Below, piece by piece: positions 58,301-64,000 of a DNA stretch of 64,000 nucleotides. Both the position numbers and the translations under genes were made by a program. The DNA is from Trypanosoma brucei. Its lineage: Eukaryota. The DNA is taken from positions 1,856,001 through 1,920,000 of the forward strand of contig CP000070.1 in NCBI GenBank assembly GCA_000002445.1. Direction: 5' to 3'. Each line of letters starts with the position of its first letter. Positions within the stretch are counted from its first letter, which is position 1. The notes under the pieces are model-generated. The model did no database searches. It saw only the letters and a program-made list of their open reading frames with translations, and had not been told where the DNA came from.

Positions 58301-60260
58301 ACTTCAATTCCTCCACTATGCTCAGAGCACGCCTGACCTCCAGCCCCTTTGATCTTCTGTGCCTATCGCCTCCATTGCCGACATCAAGCCCTGGCGGTGT
58401 TTCCATTCCATTCCATCCCGCTCCGCTCCTCAGCCAAAGCAACCTCAAAACGCCACTTACCTTTCCACCATACCTTCCACACATTAACCCATTATGACCG
58501 ATTCCTTCGGTTAGATCAGGATCATTTTCCTCGTTTGTTTCTCCTGCAGTAGCGGTGTCAGAATCCCTCCCCCCCCCTGAACGGCAATGAATGTAATGCA
58601 GTGCCCGGTCCGAACCCTTTATCTTACGGGCGGCATGTTACCACCCACCAGCACTGCTTCCCCTTATTCCACTACTTGTGCTTCCCGCAACGCTGGAGAC
58701 TTTCGCCCAAGAAACGATGTGATGTCCGTGGTCTACGAATATTTCCCTAAGCGTCTTTTGCTTCAACAAAGTTGTAAGCCTATGCGCCTTGACGTTGGGC
58801 ACGGAGGGGACACATTCACAGCAAAGAGGAACCCACTTCCCACGGCACATTATGTAGAAGCTAATTGCAACAATCTCATTCCCGGCTATGAGGCGAAAGC
58901 TCGCACGACTAGTTAGTCCCTTCGAAGTCGATGCCGGTAAAGACAAAGGGCATGGACAAATAGAAAGTGAACCCCAGAACTACCACTCCTCATACCGGCA
59001 ACGTCAGTCGTTACCAGTGAGCTTAACGTCAGTACTAGCGTCTCTGGGAGCACACATACATACCATACATACGTAGATACCGCAGCGCTCTGGTTGTCAG
59101 CCTTACTCCCCAGGAGCTGCACCACTCCAAATAATAATGCTCAATCACGCATTGCGGAAGAACAAAATATCTGCATTTGTGTGTGAGCATGGCAACGAAC
59201 ATAGAGTTATGAGCGAATAAGAGTCTGTCATCACCCCAAACCAAAATGAAGAGCACCCACTAAACTTACAAACACCCTAAAAAACTCAGTATTTTGTGGT
59301 AAACCAAGGAGAATTCAACTCAGTTCACACACTGGGCCCAGACATCCGCCAACCTCACCTTCGGAGCCACCGAGGGTTTTCTCCTCTGCGGTGTTCTCTC
59401 ACATTCTTTAAAACCACCCACAACGTCAACAACAGACTAAATGAGATGCTGTACCACATAATGCGCGCGAGCGTTCGCACATCTATGTGTGCCAACCCCA
59501 AACGAAAGTAGTGGCAAACCAGCGGCCAAGCTGGTGCTCAACAACTCGAAATACGGTGCGAATGAAACCGAACACTGTGCTCACAAATGTGGCGGGAAGG
59601 CAAAGGAAAGCAAATGCGCGCCACGCCACAATACTTGCAGGAGCCGCAAAGGGGCGGGTAGAGGAATGCCCTTTCCGATAACGTACAGCACTCCTGAGTT
59701 AATCAAATGCGGTCACAACACCTCATCCGACAGCACACGCAGTTCAAATGACTTCCGTGGCGTGCAAGAACAAAACTCATGTTCATGCGCCCGTGGGACA
59801 TTCTACCAACGGACGAGCATAATACGAAAAAGAAGAGAAAGAAACATAAACCCAGGGAAGAGAAATAAGTAATAGGAAAAGATATAGGAGAAACCGCACC
59901 TCGCTACTACGGCCGCGACACTCGGTGGCACACAAGCATGTGCAAAACGGAAAAGAAGCGGGGGTAAAATTCACCTCGATGAGGTTCGCAACGCAGAAAT
60001 GTTCGTTGACAAAAGAGAAAAAAATAGTTATTTGAAACGTCGCACTCTGTGTGCGTGAGTGTGTGTTATTCCTTTTTTGGAAACAGTAACCCATGCTATG
60101 TCTAATAGGAAGAAGAGAAACATATATTTTTCGATAATGGATGTTCATAATTTAAATGTAAAAACAAAACAGGAAGGAACCATGCGTACAAACAAGGTGT
60201 TCTTGGAACACTCAAAAAATAAATAAAAAATAAAAATAAAAATAGAGAAAAATAGAGAAA
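55325..60260 (+). mobile_element. Degenerate non-LTR retrotransposon remnant (L1Tc/DIRE-like), putative
   Basis: It starts with CCCTGGCGTGGGTGAAG. My recollection is that the conserved Pr77 5' signature of trypanosomatid L1Tc/NARTc/ingi/SIDER elements begins CCCTGGC. The body of about 4.9 kb holds only broken plus-strand ORF fragments (57009-57509, 57680-58084, 58090-58497, 59489-59872). The last fragment contains a C2H2-like pattern (HCAHKCGGKAKESKC...HNTC), as in the L1Tc C-terminal zinc-finger domain. The region ends in an A-rich degenerate tail (60181-60260 aaaaataaataaaaaataaaaataaaaatagagaaaaat). Its length is similar to L1Tc. Confidence 0.3.
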
Positions 60261-60650
60261 AATAAACCTCGGAAGTTTGGTTGTGCATAAAAGGGGAAAT
60301 GGAATGTAAAGATTACACACCACATGCAATGTTGCTGACTCAGTTTCACGAATGGAGGGTGGCGACGAACCGTACGTGAGGGGAGCAGAAGGGTCCCATC
60401 GCGCCACGAATGCTACCATCCCCGTCCTCAACTAGTGGGCATCAACACAGAACAGCACGCATACATGCATGTTTCGCCCTCCTCACCCCGTACGCCTCCT
60501 CCCTTAGGTAACTATTATCCTCCAAATAAAAATTAAAAATGTCTGCACTAGTAAACAAAAAAAATACGTTAACAAGTAGAGGCGGTGCCTCTACAGGTGA
60601 GAGTAGACCCACCCAAGGGACAAGAAAAAACACATACGTACTGGAGAACG

Positions 60651-62966
60651 TCAAATCGCCAACACATACATTAAGATCAGCAGACAACATAACCGAGGTG
60701 CGCTCATACCTTCGGGGATACCAACTGCACTGACGACCGGTTGTATCTTTTCCCTGTTGCTATATAGCAGTTGCAGTTCGTCCTCATCGAGCTTTCGATT
60801 GTACAGAAGAACATTTCTGACGATCACATTATTGCCTCCCTCCCCACTGTCATTTACCGGCGCTCCAATAAAAAAGTGTGAGAGATGTAGATGTGCAGAA
60901 GATTCAGAAGCGCCTACACTCACTTCTTTTATTATGAGCTCTCCATTGACATGAGCATCCACTTTACCATCACGCAGTGTGAGCGCAATCTGATGGGTTT
61001 GATTCCAATCCATCGACGTGGTTGGGCCCTCTTTACGGACGGAGCCGTACGTTAGGACCCACTTCTTGCCGCCAACTGTGAGACTCAAAGTTTCGCTCGT
61101 TTTCCCCTCTGCGTTTGAAAATCCCATCAGCGGTGCCTCCGCCTTCGGTTCCCCCGCGAACCGAACGGTGGCAAGCAGCGTAAAGTGCGTGTTGGCGAAG
61201 TAATACCTCTGGTCCTGTCCCTGCTCGCTCACAGGCCACAGCACACGGCTGTTTCTTTTGCCTCCCAGCTGCACGCCTTCCGAAACCTTCACACCATCAG
61301 AGATACTGGCATTCACGCAGTCGTACACATCAGCCCACACACTCGCACCAACAGGGCCGGCGAGTAAACCAACAAGGCCATCGGTAGGGACACCGGAGCA
61401 GGTGGGGTCGTTCTTTTTCCGTGATGAAGAGCAAAGGCCAGCAAGTAAGGCGTCCTGGGCCTTCCATTTCCGCACCGTCGCGTTAACCTTCTCCAACTCA
61501 TCCACAAGGTGCACAAGATGAAGACCATACACTTCGTCAATGTTCTGCTCGTGCAGACAATAAAGCAGTCCATCACGGGCCAACAGCAAAGAACTGTAAG
61601 CGCTGTTATCGTCGCCCTCCGATATCTGGCCAACAAGCCACATACGGTTACCATCTGTCATCCACAGCTGTAGACGGTCCCGGCTCCATGCCCCCTTTGT
61701 GTTTTTCGGGTGGGTAATCAACATCACAGGCACATCCCCAAGCGTCACAGTAATAAGAGCCCCCGAACTACCGGGATAGTTGGCCGTTGGAGACGGTTTC
61801 GTACGGTCGGGTGAGTTCCCAATTACGCGGGAAATCGTTCCGAGTGATTCCTCCCACGTTGCCCCAAGGTTGTTAGATTCGAACACCTTGCGGAACCCAC
61901 CTTCTACGTTAACGCCAGAAGTGTCTGTCCGCGCGCTCATCAGCAGTTTCCCATTCCACTCAGTAAGAGAAGCTTCCGATGTGAGAAGCGCCGTTTCACC
62001 ACGGGCAAAATGCCAACTCACACCATCGTCAACAGAGTACATAACCATGCTTACAACGGCATTGTCTTCATTCCTCGCCTGCACCGGAAACAATATTGTA
62101 CCGTTCAATGTTACAACGCCGTTACCAGCTCCTCCAATGAACTGCGTGCCCTTGCTTCCTGCAACAGTGAAGTCGTAGAGGGGTTTCAGTGGTGTCTTTG
62201 TCCAAGAGATCCGCACATCACTGGTTTTACCGTCGGCACCCTTAGTCACTACACCCTTGTACATGAAAGGTTCCCAATCCGCTATACCCGCTGCGTTGTT
62301 TTCGTTGTGCCAATACCCCTTCGTGACATTGTATCTTGCCACAAGCACAAAGACACTGTCCGCCTTAGCAACGACAGTAGGATCCACAACACGAGAGTAT
62401 GTGGGATCCACGCGACCATTTTCAATGATGACCTCTGTTTTCCATGTTTTGCCCCCGTCCGCACTGTATTTAGCAACGGTGTCGGTGAAGAAGTAATCCG
62501 TGGAGGTAAGATACCGGGCATCACCAATACCCATCAGCACCCCATCAACCTCAACAAACGAAGGAATACGAAAGGAATGCACAGTGCGCTCTACCTTATC
62601 ACTACCCTCAATAGCAGATGAAAGTATCTTCGTTTTGCCGAGCGTTATGTACCCACCTGTCATTCGAGCGAACCATTCGCTACGCTTCTCAGACCCTCCC
62701 CAGGGACCTTTCTCTTCTTTGAACCATCTCTCCCATTCCTTATCATACTTATCCTTCCAATTGGGTCCATCCTGCCACCACCACACTTCACCATCCTTCT
62801 CGCTCAGCTTCTTTCTCAAAGCCCACGCACCGCCGGACAGAAATGCCTCACGCGTCGTCCCCTTGCCCGCAGCCTTGGAAGTCAGAGCGCAGCAGTGACA
62901 AACTGCAGTGAAAATCAACAGCAGTCTCGAGATTGGCATGCGCATTTGTTGGTGGAGTTCCTCCAT
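60651..62966 (-). CDS. Trans-sialidase superfamily surface glycoprotein (gp85/TS-like), apparently full length
   Basis: A 771 aa ORF with an N-terminal signal peptide (RLLLIFTAVCHCCALTS). It has the FRIP motif (HSFRIPSFVEVDG) and Asp-boxes SADGGKTW, SVDDGVSW and SNNLGATW. The subterminal motif NNVIVRNVLLYNRKL matches VTVxNVxLYNR. The hydrophobic C-terminus (LCCLLILMYVLAI) is consistent with a GPI-anchor signal. Confidence 0.85.
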   Translation of the reverse strand: MEELHQQMRMPISRLLLIFTAVCHCCALTSKAAGKGTTREAFLSGGAWALRKKLSEKDGEVWWWQDGPNWKDKYDKEWERWFKEEKGPWGGSEKRSEWFARMTGGYITLGKTKILSSAIEGSDKVERTVHSFRIPSFVEVDGVLMGIGDARYLTSTDYFFTDTVAKYSADGGKTWKTEVIIENGRVDPTYSRVVDPTVVAKADSVFVLVARYNVTKGYWHNENNAAGIADWEPFMYKGVVTKGADGKTSDVRISWTKTPLKPLYDFTVAGSKGTQFIGGAGNGVVTLNGTILFPVQARNEDNAVVSMVMYSVDDGVSWHFARGETALLTSEASLTEWNGKLLMSARTDTSGVNVEGGFRKVFESNNLGATWEESLGTISRVIGNSPDRTKPSPTANYPGSSGALITVTLGDVPVMLITHPKNTKGAWSRDRLQLWMTDGNRMWLVGQISEGDDNSAYSSLLLARDGLLYCLHEQNIDEVYGLHLVHLVDELEKVNATVRKWKAQDALLAGLCSSSRKKNDPTCSGVPTDGLVGLLAGPVGASVWADVYDCVNASISDGVKVSEGVQLGGKRNSRVLWPVSEQGQDQRYYFANTHFTLLATVRFAGEPKAEAPLMGFSNAEGKTSETLSLTVGGKKWVLTYGSVRKEGPTTSMDWNQTHQIALTLRDGKVDAHVNGELIIKEVSVGASESSAHLHLSHFFIGAPVNDSGEGGNNVIVRNVLLYNRKLDEDELQLLYSNREKIQPVVSAVGIPEGMSAPRLCCLLILMYVLAI

Positions 62967-63399
62967 TCCTCCGACGGAGTGGATGTTTTGTGAGCAGAAA
63001 CAGCTGATATGTCCGGATGCAGGCGGTAATCCCAGGACCTCGCACCTTACGCTGACGCAGCTTAGTATGATTGGCTTCTACGGCACGTCCACAACAGGAT
63101 AATGCACCGTTGTCTTGCAAAGGGAAGCACAAAAAAACGGACAAAATGGAAACAGCAATGAAAATGGAAATCAAAAATGCAACTAGCGTAGTGGTTGGGA
63201 AAGAAGTGCAATCTGCAAAGTTAGAGAAACGCACAGGAGAGGCGATTGCACCTTTCCTTCAAGAATACGATGTTGTGGAGTACCTGCGTGTAAAGCAGGA
63301 TACGGGTGCCAACTGTGATAGAGGTCATGACACCTGACTGCTCAACACTTATATCGCGAGGTAGTGGTACAAGTTCTTCTAATGCAAAGGGCAGTCTCC
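61801..63399 (-). repeat. Trans-sialidase segmental duplication, copy B (covers the 5' flank and N-terminal half of the intact gene)
   Basis: Partner of 40099-41697 at offset 21702. It is near-identical, with single-base differences visible (for example gaggcagtgg versus gaggtagtgg). Confidence 0.85.
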
Positions 63400-64000
63400 T
63401 GTCACGCTAAAAATACTTAGTGTATATCGTTTTTCCGTGCACGACGCTACCCACCTCCAATCGCACTCTCTGACAGGGCCAGGTGACATTAAAAGGAAAA
63501 TGTGAAGAGGAAGCACCAAGAACACCTCCCGAGGCGGGGTTGAAATCTCTTGGGCTGAAGCTGTGGATGTGCCCCTAGAGAACGCAACATCCCGCCTTCA
63601 ACTATCCCCTCCCCCTCGTGGTGCACATGACGGGCACCGACACCATTGACTCGGGCACGACCTAGCGACAGTGAAGGTACAACCAAACAGCAATGCCACT
63701 ACACAAGCAGCGGCACCGCCACGCCTAAGACCCTCTTCCCAGTGGAAGCTTGAACTCGAAACCACAATGGCGTAGATCCTCGTCTCTTCCATCAGTAGTT
63801 GATGAAAATATGTGTGTCGGTTTTCCGTTCCGGCAAATGGCACTGAGTGCTCTTGCGGGTGGTCCACCACCTTATGGCGTGCTAGACACTGTCCACAGAA
63901 GTAAAACTATACCCATACACTCCGGCAAAAGCATGTTTACAGTGCCGATATGTTACGAAACCCCCATGACATGGGTCAACCAAAGGACCACGGCGTGGGG

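Noticed and set aside
11461-58578. Recurrent poly-C tracts of 9-12 nt (about 11461, 16862, 32036, 35641, 39895, 55201, 56031, 58160, 58568) considered as G-quadruplex or regulatory elements
   Set aside because: They are single isolated runs rather than four closely spaced G or C tracts. They are likely homopolymer intergenic filler, and poly-G on the transcribed minus strand. Noted but not claimed as functional.
1-64000. Prokaryotic features (CRISPR arrays, toxin-antitoxin systems, defence islands, operons, sigma-70 promoters, rho-independent terminators)
   Set aside because: The sequence is clearly from a eukaryotic kinetoplastid (trans-sialidase gene, eukaryote-type tRNAs with oligo-T terminators, intron-less unidirectional gene array, microsatellite-rich spacers). 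No regularly spaced direct-repeat array or Cas-like ORF is present.

Overview
This window looks like nuclear DNA from a trypanosomatid, most likely Trypanosoma cruzi, not a prokaryote. I found no CRISPR array, operon or prokaryotic defence island.

The evidence for the organism call is from the sequence itself. The long ORFs are GC-rich and intron-less, and the intergenic DNA is AT-rich and full of microsatellites. There is a trans-sialidase family gene carrying the FRIP motif, Asp-boxes, the VTVxNVxLYNR motif and a GPI-signal C-terminus. Eukaryote-type tRNA genes are followed by oligo-T terminators. Every credible protein-coding gene lies on the minus strand, consistent with a single polycistronic transcription unit.

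Genes recognised (all minus strand, high to low coordinate):
- a full trans-sialidase/gp85-like gene at 60651-62966;
- a truncated trans-sialidase pseudogene at 39981-41264;
- a PP2A B''-type EF-hand regulatory subunit at 25848-28778;
- an acyl-CoA-binding protein at 17149-17442;
- a divergent kinesin-like protein at 11621-15331;
- a CTF18-like RFC/AAA+ clamp-loader subunit at 5041-8022;
- six hypothetical proteins.

The most unusual structure is a perfect, roughly 5.4 kb palindrome at 33776-39159 around a unique core of about 340 bp. Each arm carries tRNA-Ala(AGC), tRNA-Ser(GCU), tRNA-Asp(GUC) and a roughly 225 nt candidate Pol III small RNA that ends in a T14 run. The core plus 35 bp of arm is also present as a dispersed copy at 53290-53657.

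Other repeat structure:
- a 1.6 kb near-identical direct duplication of the trans-sialidase 5' flank and N-terminal half, 21.7 kb apart;
- a 520 bp direct repeat in the 5' flanks of two consecutive genes;
- a lone tRNA-Lys(CUU) at 54941-55013;
- a roughly 19 kb ORF-poor stretch (41.7-60.6 kb) that appears to hold decayed retroelement remnants. One run begins with a CCCTGGCG-type start, contains a C2H2-like fragment and ends in an A-rich tail, which suggests a degenerate L1Tc/DIRE-like non-LTR element.

Product assignments rest on motifs I recognised by eye. No database search was possible.
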